In this document: in pieces, positions 52,985 to 64,000 of the stretch
Position numbering within the stretch: position 1 is the first letter of the stretch
How the letters are laid out: each line of letters opens with the position of its first letter
NCBI GenBank assembly: GCA_040755495.1
Contig: JBFMAT010000005.1
Coordinates: 35,545-99,544, forward strand
DNA length: 64,000 nucleotides
From: Chloroflexota bacterium
GTDB taxonomy: Bacteria > Chloroflexota > Limnocylindria > Limnocylindrales > CSP1-4
Direction: 5' to 3'
Notes under the pieces: model-generated
Seen by the model: the letters and a program-made list of their open reading frames with translations, nothing else
What the model was told of the DNA's origin: nothing
The model's database searches: none
Translations under genes and position numbers: made by a program

Positions 52985-54553
52985 CTACCAGCTGAAGGTG
53001 GCGGTGTAGTCGATCGGGCCGCCGGTGAACGTGAACGTGCCCACGAAGCGGAACTCGTAGATGCCCGGCGGGGTCATCGGGAACACCGGCAGGGCCCACT
53101 CGAACACCGGGTCGACCGGCGTCAGCGACTGGGCCGGCTGCGCGGCGTCGCGGACGGACCAGGAGAAGCCCGCGACCTGCTCGGCGAACACGAGGTTGAC
53201 GCCCAGCAGCTTCGCCTCCCGGGAGGACACGAGGGCGGCGAACCCGTAGTAGCCGGGAGCCGGGTTGACCGGGTCGCCGAAGAACTCCGCGTTGTCGGCC
53301 CAGGTGAGCACGGGGCGCAGGGCGTGGAACTCGAACGTGACGTCCGCGAACGGCGCGACGTTGTCGTTGGGCGGGCGGACGCTCGCCTCCCAGGTCACGC
53401 TGCCGGTGGCGTCGTTGGGCACGGTCAGCGGGCCGGGCGAGGTGAGGACCTCGCAGGTCGGGTCGCGGTCGGCCGGCCCGAGGCACAGCCGGAGGCCGTT
53501 GCCGTCGTCGCCGCTCACCCGGTTGAGCAGGAACGTGACGTCGCCCGGGCCGTCGGTGGTGAACGTGAACCGGGGGTTCATCCGGTTCCTGGAGATGCCC
53601 TCGCGGCGGTTGCCCGTGTCCTCCAGCTCGAAGTCGAGGAACTGGATCCGGGCGAGCGGCGCGGTCGGGACGGGGGGCGGGGTGACGCCCGGGCTGGCCT
53701 CTGCGCTGGCCGACGGCGGGGCGCTGGAGGGCTCCGCCGAGGCCGGGGCGCTGGGCTCCGGGGTCGGGCTGGCCACGGCCCGCGACGGGGGCGGGGTGGC
53801 GGTCGCCTCCGGGGCGAACGGCCCGAGCTTGCCGAGGAACGCGCCGGCCCCGAGGACGAGGGCGACGACGCCGACGCCGGCGACGGGCGGGATCCAGCTC
53901 GGCAGCAGCGCACGCTGGTTGAGCGTGGCGCGCAGCTGGATCGGCGCCTGGCGCCCGGGCTCCACGCTCACCGTGAAGGGCCGGGAACGGTTCGGCCCGA
54001 ACGGGAACGGGTCGTCCACGGCGACCGACACGCGGAACGCCGCCCGCGCCTCGGGGGCCACGATCGCGCTGGGCGGCTGCACGCCGAGCGTCAGCCGGCG
54101 ATCCGGGTCCGTGGCGCTGACGGCCACGTCCACCGGCGCATTGCCGCGGTTGTCCACGAGGACCTCGTGGCGGCCGGCGCGGCTGCCGCGCGACGTCTGG
54201 GGCACGATCTCGGCGGCGACGTCCGGGAACGGCGTGACGGTGACCCGCCCCTCCTCGACCGCGGAGCCGGCCGGGTTGGCGGCCGGCCGCACGCGCACGC
54301 CGAACGGGTGGACCCCCGCCCGCGGCTGGCTGGCCCGGGGTGGGGCGAAGGTGAGCACGACCGCGCCCTCGGCGCCGGGGAACAGCGACAGCGACGCCGG
54401 GTCCACGGTCACCCAGCCCGCGGTGGGGCCGACGACATCGACGTCGAAACGGTCGACGATCGAGCCCGTGTTGCGGACGCGAAGGGTGGTCACGGCCCGG
54501 CTGCCGGGATCGACGGTGAGCTCGGCGGGTGACAGGGTGGAGATCGCGCTCAT
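52985..54553 (-). CDS. CIS-associated bitopic protein with Ig-like N-terminal domains
   Basis: Two beta-rich domains (LRVRNTGSIVDRF; VDNRGN), TM WIPPVAGVGVVALVLGAGAFL, Pro/Ser linker and a beta-rich C-terminus. Confidence 0.65.
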   Translation of the reverse strand: MSAISTLSPAELTVDPGSRAVTTLRVRNTGSIVDRFDVDVVGPTAGWVTVDPASLSLFPGAEGAVVLTFAPPRASQPRAGVHPFGVRVRPAANPAGSAVEEGRVTVTPFPDVAAEIVPQTSRGSRAGRHEVLVDNRGNAPVDVAVSATDPDRRLTLGVQPPSAIVAPEARAAFRVSVAVDDPFPFGPNRSRPFTVSVEPGRQAPIQLRATLNQRALLPSWIPPVAGVGVVALVLGAGAFLGKLGPFAPEATATPPPSRAVASPTPEPSAPASAEPSSAPPSASAEASPGVTPPPVPTAPLARIQFLDFELEDTGNRREGISRNRMNPRFTFTTDGPGDVTFLLNRVSGDDGNGLRLCLGPADRDPTCEVLTSPGPLTVPNDATGSVTWEASVRPPNDNVAPFADVTFEFHALRPVLTWADNAEFFGDPVNPAPGYYGFAALVSSREAKLLGVNLVFAEQVAGFSWSVRDAAQPAQSLTPVDPVFEWALPVFPMTPPGIYEFRFVGTFTFTGGPIDYTATFSW

Positions 54554-54671
54554 CCGGCGCAGTCTACGCAACCGGCCGCCCTCCGCGTCGACGAACGCGC
54601 GACCGGCGGGGTGATTGCGACGGGTCGCTAGACTGTGCGACCCGGACAGGCCGGCGGGATGGAGGGCGCGC

Positions 54672-56096
54672 GTGATTGTCTGCAAGGTGTGCGGGACCGA
54701 GAACGAGCAGGGGGCGGGGTTCTGCGGCTCGTGCGGGGCGTTCCTCGAGTGGAGCGGCGAGCCCGTCACGCCGGACGACGCGCCCACCGAGCGGTACCAG
54801 CCGGTCCCCGCGCCGCCGCCGTCGCCGTCGCCGGATGCCGCCCCTACCGAGCGGTACGAGCCGGTCGCGGACGCGGGCCTGCCGGCCGGTCCCGGTCAGC
54901 TCGTGTGCCCGTCCTGCGGCCTGGCCAACGAGTCGACGCGGGTCTACTGCCGGCGGTGCGCTGCGGAGCTCGCCCCAGCGACGGCCGCCGCCACGACCGT
55001 GGTGTCCGCGGAGCCGCCGCGCGTCCGCTCGGGACCGCCCGTGGCGATCCTCGGGGGCGTCGCCGCGGTCGCGCTCCTCGGGGCGGTCGGCCTGTTCGTC
55101 CTGCTGCCCCGTGGCACGCCCACGCCGAGCCCGGACGTGACGGAGTCGGCGCCGGTGGCGGTCACGACGTCGCCCGAGGCGCCGGCGAGCGATCCCGTGG
55201 GGCCAGCGTCGGGCGAGCCGCCGACCGCGCCACCGAGCGCGCCGCCCACCGAGCCACCGTCCGTGCCGCCCACGCTGGACTCGCTGACGGGGCTCCTGGT
55301 GTTCGCGGCGGTCGAGGACGGGAACGCGGACCTGTGGATCTGGGACCCGGCCGACGACAGCCTGCGGCGGCTGGTGAAGGGACCCGGCAGCCAGACCGAG
55401 CCCGCCTGGGCCCCGGACGGCTCGGCCGTGGTGTACCGCGCGCCCGATGGGCTGCGGATGGTGCGCGCCGACGGCGAGCGGTTCGAGCCCCCGGACTTCA
55501 CCCACCACGACCGCGACCGCAACCCGACCTGGTCACCGGACGGCAGCCGGATCGTGTTCGCCACCGACCGCAACCCGTTCGGCAGCCTCAACATCGTCGC
55601 GCGCCCGGCCGGCGACAACGAGGCGGACCTCGACGTGCTGGTCACCAACAGCGGCGACGACTGGGACCCGGCCTTCTCGCCCGACGGCTCGACGATCGTG
55701 TTCGCCTCCACGCGCCGGGGCGACGCCACGCTGTACCTGATGAACGCGGACGGCAGCACCGAGCGCGCCGTGGAGCTGGGTCCCGGCTACTACGACGACC
55801 CGACGTTCTCGCCCGACGGCGAGTGGCTCGGGTTCACCCGGCGGGATGACGCGAAGGCACAGAAGGACCTGTGGGTCGCCCGCGTCGACGGCTCGGAGAT
55901 GCGCCGGCTGACGTCGACGCCGGCGAACGAGAACGACCTCGCCTGGTCGCCGGACGGCCGCGTGATCGTGGTCGCCCGGGCCGACGACGACGGGCGGCTG
56001 GTGGCGATCGATGTCGCGACGGGCGACGAGATCGGCGACATCGGCGTCGACGGTGCCCGCAACGGCCACCCCGACTGGTGGTGGCCGGACCGCTGA
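54672..56096 (+). CDS. Double zinc-ribbon / TM / TolB-like (PD40) beta-propeller protein
   Basis: CKVCG..N..G..FCGSCG and CPSCG..N....YCRRC; TM; repeated P(A/T)(W/F)SPDG motifs; GGAGG RBS. Confidence 0.85.
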   Translation: MIVCKVCGTENEQGAGFCGSCGAFLEWSGEPVTPDDAPTERYQPVPAPPPSPSPDAAPTERYEPVADAGLPAGPGQLVCPSCGLANESTRVYCRRCAAELAPATAAATTVVSAEPPRVRSGPPVAILGGVAAVALLGAVGLFVLLPRGTPTPSPDVTESAPVAVTTSPEAPASDPVGPASGEPPTAPPSAPPTEPPSVPPTLDSLTGLLVFAAVEDGNADLWIWDPADDSLRRLVKGPGSQTEPAWAPDGSAVVYRAPDGLRMVRADGERFEPPDFTHHDRDRNPTWSPDGSRIVFATDRNPFGSLNIVARPAGDNEADLDVLVTNSGDDWDPAFSPDGSTIVFASTRRGDATLYLMNADGSTERAVELGPGYYDDPTFSPDGEWLGFTRRDDAKAQKDLWVARVDGSEMRRLTSTPANENDLAWSPDGRVIVVARADDDGRLVAIDVATGDEIGDIGVDGARNGHPDWWWPDR

Positions 56097-56292
56097 CGAG
56101 TGCGGGCGGGAGGGACACGGCCCGGCCCAGGTACTTTCGTTCTCGGGGGCGCGACGGGGTAGACCCGCCGGGGTCGCGGTGCCACCATAGGCGCGACCTG
56201 CGCCCATGGGGGACGAGGACAGACGGCGGAGGGTTGCATTGCCCGAAGGGCGCAACGGAGATCGGACGGGCCGAGGTCCCGGACACGAGGGC

Positions 56293-59241
56293 GTGCCGGC
56301 GGTGGTGCCCGCCAAGATCCGCGTCCCGGTTGCCGAGGCGCTCCCGCGCGAGCGCCTCGAGAGCCGCCTCGATGCGGCGTGGCGTCATCGCCTGACGCTG
56401 GTCATCGCGCCCGCCGGCTCGGGCAAGACCACGCTGGTGGCCCGGTTCGCGGCCGCGTCGGGGGTGCCGGTGGCGTGGTACCGGGCGGAGACCTGGGACG
56501 CCGACGAGGGCTCGCTCGTCCGCCACCTCGAGGCCGCGCTCCTCGGCGCGCTGCCGGGCCTGGCGGGCGGCTGGACGACGGTGGAGGACGCCGCCCGGGC
56601 CCTCGAGGCCGGCCCGGTCCCGGCTGCGCTGCTGGTCATCGACGACGGGCACGCCCTCGAGGGGACGGCCGCCGAGGCGGCCCTCGGCCGGTTCGTGGAC
56701 TACGCGCCGCCGTGGCTCGCCGTCGTCGTCGCCGGCCGGGTCCCACCGTCGTTCAACCTGCCCCGGCTCCGGGTGTCGGGCGAGCTCCTCGAGCTGGGCA
56801 CGGACGACCTCCGCTTCCGGGCCTGGGAGGTGGAGCAGCTGTTCCGCGACGTCTACCACGACCCGGTGCCGCCCGCGGACCTCGCCACGCTCGCCCGACG
56901 GATCGAGGGCTGGGCCGCCGGGCTCCAGCTGTTTCACCTCGCGACGCGGGGCCGCTCGGTGGAGGAGCGCCGGCGCGTCCTGGGCGTGACCGGCGGCAGC
57001 GGGCGGCTGCTCCGCGAGTACCTGGCCCAGAACGTGATGTTCGGGCTGCCGGAGGAGCTGCGCCGGTTCCTCGTGGACACGTGCGTCCTGGGCCGGCTGT
57101 CCGGGCGGCTGTGCGACCGGCTGCGGGGCGCGTCCGGCAGCGGCGCCCTCCTCGACGAGCTGGCGCGGCGCGGCGTGTTCACCGTCCCGGTGGAGGACTC
57201 CGACGACGCCTACCGCTATCACGAGGTCCTGCGCGGCCACCTGGACCGGATGCTGGTCGAGGAGATCGGCGAGATCGGTGCCCGCGAGCGGCACGCTCGG
57301 GCCGGCGCGCTGCTGGAGGCGGAGGGGGCCTTGCCCGAGGCCCTCCGCGCGTACTGCCGGGCGGAGGACTGGGAGGCCGTGCGGCGCCTGCTGGGCGGCC
57401 AGGGCGAGCGGCTCGCCGCCGGCGGCGGCTCGTGGGTCGATGCCGTGCCGCCGGCGATCGAGCGCCACGATCCCTGGGTCGCGCTGGCCGCCGCGCGCCG
57501 GGCGCGCAACGACGGGCGGTGGCCGACGGCGGTCGACGCGTATGTCCGCGCGGAGACGGTGTTCGGTCCCGGCCGCGCCGCCGACGCCCCGCGCCACGAG
57601 CGCCTGGCCCTCACGGCCTGGATGGACCCGGCCGCGATCCCGCCGCCGGACGCCTCGGGGGTGCTGCGCTCGGGTCTCGTGCGCGAGCCGGCGGCGGCCG
57701 TGCGGGACCTCGCGCGGGTCGTGGACCCGGCGGCGCCGGTCGCCCGCGGGCTGCTCGCGCTGGCGGCGGGCGAGGTCGTGGCGGCACGACGCCTGCTGAC
57801 CGCCGCCGCGGACTCCCCGGACGCCGCCGATGCAGGTCGGCTGCCGGTCGCGGCGGCGCGCCTGGGCGCGGCGGTGGCCGCGGTGCTGGCGGGCGAGGCG
57901 TGGGACGGACGGGCCTTCGATCGAGCCGCGGAAGAGGCGGAGCGAGCCGGCGTGCCGTGGCTCGCGCGGCTGGGCCGGGAGCTCGGACGGCGCCTGGACC
58001 CGTCGGCCGGGGCGTCGGACGGCGAGGCGGATGGTGCCGGCGATGCGGTCGGCGCCGAAGCCTGGAGCGGCGCGCTGCTCGCGCTGGCGACCGCCTGGAG
58101 CGCCGCGGACCCCGATGCCGGGCTGGCGGCCGCGGAGTCGGCGGCACGCGGCTTCCGCAGGCTCGGGGCGGGCGTGCCCGAGGCGTGGAGCCGCGCCCTG
58201 GCCGCCGCCGCGATCGTCCGGACCGGGGCGCCCGACGCGCGCGAGGCCGCGCTGGCCGCCGAGAGCCTCGGCCGCGCGACCGGCACGCCGGCCGCACGGA
58301 TGCTGGCCTACGCGGCGCTCGGGCGGGGCGCGGGGGGCCGGGGCGCGGAGTACGCCCAGCTCGCGGACGCCGTCCGCGCCGACATCGGCCTCGCGCTGCC
58401 ACCCGCGCTCGTTGCCGGCCGGCCGGATGGCCCGTTCGAACCCGCCGGTGCCGCCACGCCCGCCGCATCCGAGGGGGAGGCAGGCCGCGCCGATGCCACC
58501 GCGCCGGTCAACGCCAGCGTGCGCATCCGGACGCTGGGCGGCTGCGGCCTCGACGTGGACGGCCGGCGTGTCTCGCTCGACCGCGCCAAGCCGCGCGTCC
58601 GGTCGCTGCTGCGGCTGCTCGCGATCCACGCGGGCGCCCCGGTCCATCGCGAGGTCATCCAGGAGGCCCTGTGGCCGGAGGCCGACGCCGATGCCGGCGC
58701 CCGCAGCCTGCACGTCGCCGTGTCCGCGCTGCGGCGGCTGCTCGACGAGGTGGCCCAGCCGGTCGGTGGCCGGCTCGTCGTGCGGGACGGGGACGCCTAC
58801 CGGCTCGGCATCCCGCCCGACGCCGTGGACCTCGGCAGGTTCGACCGCGCCATCGTGGAGGGCCGCGCCGCCCGCTCGCGGGGAGAGGTGTCAGCGGCGG
58901 CGTTCTCGCTGGCGCTGGAGCTGTACGCGGGTGAGCTGCTGCCCGAGGAGGGGCCCGCCGACTGGGTCATCGAGCGTCGCGAGCACTACCGGTCGAAGGC
59001 GATCGAGGCCGCGATCGGCCTCGCCGAGGAGGCGATGCTGGCCGCCGATTACGCGACCACCGTGCGCGCCTGCCGCTTCGGCCTCGAGCTGGACCGCTAC
59101 CAGGACACCCTGTGGCGGATGCTCATCGACGCCCGCGACCGGGCCGGGGATGCCGGCGCGGCCTCGCGCGACCGCCGGGAGTACGCGTCCGTGCTGGAGG
59201 GCCTGGGCGTCGAGGCGCCGGTCGCGATCAGCCCGTTCTGA
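56293..59241 (+). CDS. MalT-like ATPase / wHTH / BTAD (SARP-type) transcriptional regulator
   Basis: APAGSGKTT, LVIDDGH, IEGWAAGL, YRYHEVLR; C-terminal IRTLGG...LWPE, LELYAGELLPEE (BTAD). Confidence 0.88.
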   Translation: MPAVVPAKIRVPVAEALPRERLESRLDAAWRHRLTLVIAPAGSGKTTLVARFAAASGVPVAWYRAETWDADEGSLVRHLEAALLGALPGLAGGWTTVEDAARALEAGPVPAALLVIDDGHALEGTAAEAALGRFVDYAPPWLAVVVAGRVPPSFNLPRLRVSGELLELGTDDLRFRAWEVEQLFRDVYHDPVPPADLATLARRIEGWAAGLQLFHLATRGRSVEERRRVLGVTGGSGRLLREYLAQNVMFGLPEELRRFLVDTCVLGRLSGRLCDRLRGASGSGALLDELARRGVFTVPVEDSDDAYRYHEVLRGHLDRMLVEEIGEIGARERHARAGALLEAEGALPEALRAYCRAEDWEAVRRLLGGQGERLAAGGGSWVDAVPPAIERHDPWVALAAARRARNDGRWPTAVDAYVRAETVFGPGRAADAPRHERLALTAWMDPAAIPPPDASGVLRSGLVREPAAAVRDLARVVDPAAPVARGLLALAAGEVVAARRLLTAAADSPDAADAGRLPVAAARLGAAVAAVLAGEAWDGRAFDRAAEEAERAGVPWLARLGRELGRRLDPSAGASDGEADGAGDAVGAEAWSGALLALATAWSAADPDAGLAAAESAARGFRRLGAGVPEAWSRALAAAAIVRTGAPDAREAALAAESLGRATGTPAARMLAYAALGRGAGGRGAEYAQLADAVRADIGLALPPALVAGRPDGPFEPAGAATPAASEGEAGRADATAPVNASVRIRTLGGCGLDVDGRRVSLDRAKPRVRSLLRLLAIHAGAPVHREVIQEALWPEADADAGARSLHVAVSALRRLLDEVAQPVGGRLVVRDGDAYRLGIPPDAVDLGRFDRAIVEGRAARSRGEVSAAAFSLALELYAGELLPEEGPADWVIERREHYRSKAIEAAIGLAEEAMLAADYATTVRACRFGLELDRYQDTLWRMLIDARDRAGDAGAASRDRREYASVLEGLGVEAPVAISPF

Positions 59242-59255
59242 CCGGAGGGGCCGCC

Positions 59256-59810
59256 TCAGGGGTTGACGGTGACCCGGATCGTGGCGGTCAGGTTGCGCTC
59301 GACGCCGCCGCAGGTCCCCTCGGCGAAGCTGGCGACCGCGGTGATGTCCCAGGTGCCCGGCGGCAGGTGGACCTCCGGGTCGGCGAAGAACTGCTCGTAG
59401 AAGGCGGCGTTGGGGTCCTCTGCGCCCCAGCCGCCGGACTTCCGGATCCCGCTCGTGATCGGCGCCTCGGCACCGACCGTGTAGCGTACGCAGTCGGCGG
59501 TCATGGCGAACCCCATCCGCCGGGTGCCGCCGACCTCCGTGAAGCTGAAGCCGAGCGGACCGCCACCCGACGCGACGATGCCGGCATCGAGCCCGTCGGT
59601 CGTGCCGAGGGTCGCCGTCGCGGTGATGGCGTCGGCCGTCGTGAACGTCGTCCGCGGGAGCTCGAAGGTCAGGACGAAGCGGCCCTCGATGTCGGTGGCG
59701 CTCGCCACGGCCGCCGACGCCGAGGGAGTCGGCGCCGGGGTGCTCGACGGCGCAGGGCCACCGCACGCCGCGATGACGAGGGCGATGAGCATGAGTGTCA
59801 GCCGTCGCAT
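59256..59810 (-). CDS. Hypothetical lipoprotein
   Basis: MRRLTLMLIALVIAAC lipobox, then a Ser/Pro linker and a beta-rich domain. Confidence 0.75.
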   Translation of the reverse strand: MRRLTLMLIALVIAACGGPAPSSTPAPTPSASAAVASATDIEGRFVLTFELPRTTFTTADAITATATLGTTDGLDAGIVASGGGPLGFSFTEVGGTRRMGFAMTADCVRYTVGAEAPITSGIRKSGGWGAEDPNAAFYEQFFADPEVHLPPGTWDITAVASFAEGTCGGVERNLTATIRVTVNP

Positions 59811-60010
59811 GGCCAATCCCCACCCTGTCTCGAGGTCCGTTCGGTCGCCGGTCCGACGCCTCCCGGGAGCGGCCCATAGTGTCGCCCACGGCGGGCGATC
59901 CTGCACGACCGCGTCATCCGGGCCGATTGGGCCTTGCCCGGCGGCGTGGTGCGGCTACGGTTGCGACGATGAGGCGCGGAGCCTCGACGAGCCTCCAGGA
60001 GATTCGGGCG

Positions 60011-60268
60011 ATGACCGGCGCGGGCACCAGGGAACCCTGCCTCGGATGCGGTGAGGAGACGGCCGCCGGGAGCGCGTTCTACTCGGATCGCCGAGTCGTC
60101 GAGGGATCCGATGGCTCGCGGGTCTTGGTCTGCTCGTCCTGCGTCCAGCGGGCGGCCGCACGACGCCGTGGCCGCCGCCTGACCGACCGGGAGCTCCGTG
60201 ACATGGTCGACAACGGGTCGATGGCGGCGATCACGTGGGGGAACGCCGGTCTCGGCCCCGGCATCTGA
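60011..60268 (+). CDS. Small zinc-finger protein
   Basis: CLGC...CSSC; AGGAG upstream. Confidence 0.55.
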   Translation: MTGAGTREPCLGCGEETAAGSAFYSDRRVVEGSDGSRVLVCSSCVQRAAARRRGRRLTDRELRDMVDNGSMAAITWGNAGLGPGI

Positions 60269-60298
60269 GCCCCGGCCCCGGCGAACCCCGGGAGCCGG

Positions 60299-62458
<2,160 letters not shown>

Positions 62459-62536
62459 GCACGCACTCCCAGGGTCATGGGTGGGTCGCGCAGAGGATAG
62501 ACGCCTTGTGAGTCGCGCGGGAGGTCCGGTTCACGA

Positions 62537-62729
62537 GCGGGCCTCACAGGCCCGCGTTTCGGGTCGAAGCGCGGGCCGGGGGCTCTGCGGCGCCCCCTCG
62601 CGTCGATGGCGGGCCTGACAGGCCCGTTGGAGCCTCGAGGAGGTCGCGGCCACGGGCTTGGGGCCGGAATGCGGGCCTCACAGGCCCGCCGGAAGCTTCG
62701 GGAGGCTCGGAGGAAGGTCGACAGGCCCG
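62537..62729. repeat. Second REP-like family CGGGCCT-N3-AGGCCCG
   Basis: Copies at 62537, 62609 and 62671, plus a half copy at 62721. Confidence 0.75.
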
Positions 62730-62786
62730 GTGGAACCTCCACGAGGGCCCGGAGGTCGGCCCCGGAGCAGGCAACAGCTCCCGGCG

Positions 62787-63347
62787 TCATCCCTTGGCGG
62801 CCCCGCCACCCTTGACGATCTCGATGCGATGCATCACGTGGGCGGGCTTGGCCGTCGCGACGAGGGCGTCGAGCCGCTGGGCGTCGACCCCCTTGGGATC
62901 GGGGACCGTGACCCGCACGACCACCAGCGGCTCCGGCGAACCGGGCAGCTCGCCGCCCGGGTCCACGGACCAGCCGGTCGCGCCGTTCTCCACGATCTCG
63001 ACGCGACCCCCAGTCTGGATCTCGACCTGGCCGGCGAGGCCGAGGGCCGTCCCGCGCATCCGGTACAGGTCGACCGCCCGCGCCACGATTGCGCGGCGCC
63101 GGTCCACGTCCCACGACTCGTCGAGCGCGATCCCCACCCAGCCGCCGAGCCAGGCGAGGAAGTCGTCCGGCGTGAGGTGCGGGTCGAGGTACGCGTCGAA
63201 GTTGTCGAGCGTGCTGTAGACCGGCGCCATGACGTCGTCCAGGCCCGCCAGCAGGCGCTGGGCGAAGTCGTCGTCCTGGTACAGGGCGGGGAGCGCCGGC
63301 CCCAGCGGGTGCGGCGTCCCCAGCCCGGCGACGAGGCCGCGCATCAC
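62787..63347 (-). CDS. Phage tail protein I-like baseplate wedge protein of a contractile injection system
   Basis: LPALYQDDDFAQRLLAGLDDV, YLDP...FLAWLGGWVG, LYRMRGTALGL, KPAH. Confidence 0.9.
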   Translation of the reverse strand: MMRGLVAGLGTPHPLGPALPALYQDDDFAQRLLAGLDDVMAPVYSTLDNFDAYLDPHLTPDDFLAWLGGWVGIALDESWDVDRRRAIVARAVDLYRMRGTALGLAGQVEIQTGGRVEIVENGATGWSVDPGGELPGSPEPLVVVRVTVPDPKGVDAQRLDALVATAKPAHVMHRIEIVKGGGAAKG

Positions 63348-64000
63348 GCGCCCTCGACGAGCACCTGGTGCTCGTAGCTGAACACGAGGGCGTGGGCCTC
63401 GAGCTCCAGGCGCGGCGTCTGCTGGCCGCGCTGGCCGGTCACCGGGTCGGCGCCGAACAGACGCGCGTCCTCGACCAGCTCGGTCCCGCGGATCCCCTGG
63501 AGCACCGAGTAGACCTCGCCCACGTTCACCGGGCGCCCGAACGGCCAGCCGGTCCCGTCGGGGCCGCCGGTGATCGGGTTGAAGTACTCGTACAGGGCGG
63601 CCAGCGCCTCCTCCTGGAGCCGGGTGGGGTTGACCCGGTTGCGGGCCTTGAGCTTGGCGACCACGGTGATCCCGCGGTACACGGGCGGCTCGATGATCGC
63701 CCGGGTCCCGATGACCCGGCTCTCCTCGAGCCGGTCGGTGATCTTCTGCAGGGTGTCCTCGTTGGGGACCAGCTGGTCGAACCGCAGGCGGCCCTGCTCG
63801 GATACCGCGGAGGGCACGATGAGCACCCGCACCGAGCCGGCGTCGGCGCCGTCGCCCGCGGCCACGGCCCGCACCCGGGCGACCTCCGGGGCCGCCTCGC
63901 GGGCGAGCTGCTCGTAGTCCTCGGTCGTGACCGCGCGCCCCCTGGCGCGGAGCCGGATCGGGCCGCGGACCTTGGCGTTCTCGATGTCCTCGCCGTCGAC
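63344..64000 (-). CDS. Putative baseplate assembly protein (gpJ/Afp11-like), C-terminal part
   Basis: RAVTTEDYEQLA, ERLEESRVIGT-like segment, YFNPITGGPDGTGWPFGR; continues beyond the window. Confidence 0.9.
   Translation of the reverse strand, partial: VDGEDIENAKVRGPIRLRARGRAVTTEDYEQLAREAAPEVARVRAVAAGDGADAGSVRVLIVPSAVSEQGRLRFDQLVPNEDTLQKITDRLEESRVIGTRAIIEPPVYRGITVVAKLKARNRVNPTRLQEEALAALYEYFNPITGGPDGTGWPFGRPVNVGEVYSVLQGIRGTELVEDARLFGADPVTGQRGQQTPRLELEAHALVFSYEHQVLVEGA

Overview
Very GC-rich bacterial chromosome segment. The gene content and order resemble Chloroflexota; this is an inference, not a taxonomic call. (1) 1-38.6 kb is mostly housekeeping: cdaA-cdaR-glmM-glmS-acpS-nnrD-alr, a macro-domain gene plus an orphan GlmL-like cluster, tsaE-tsaB-rimI-tsaD-rsmA-ispE-ridA, glmU, a CorC/hemolysin gene, a polyprenyl synthase, recO, a DUF1326/DUF2182/TetR operon, glyQS and nfnAB-like genes. 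(2) ~39.1-48.6 kb is a visibly less GC-rich island carrying a tightly coupled five-gene operon: 90-aa ORF, ~1817-aa DEAH/DUF1998 helicase (DruE-like), Cas4-like PD-(D/E)XK nuclease, DUF4338/DruA-like protein and a PIN-like protein. I read this as a non-canonical Druantia-like defence system and it is the top finding. A REP/BIME-like cluster lies on its left. A SAM-I-clan riboswitch on its right precedes only a 27-codon ORF. (3) 48.8-53 kb holds a ferredoxin-NADP reductase and ppdK. (4) 53-64 kb is the distal end of a contractile injection system (baseplate and tail genes), with a CisA-like zinc-ribbon/(Pro-Glu)n membrane protein, a paralogous zinc-ribbon/TolB protein, an Ig-like membrane protein and a MalT/BTAD regulator. 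All family assignments come from recognising motifs by eye; no database searches were run.
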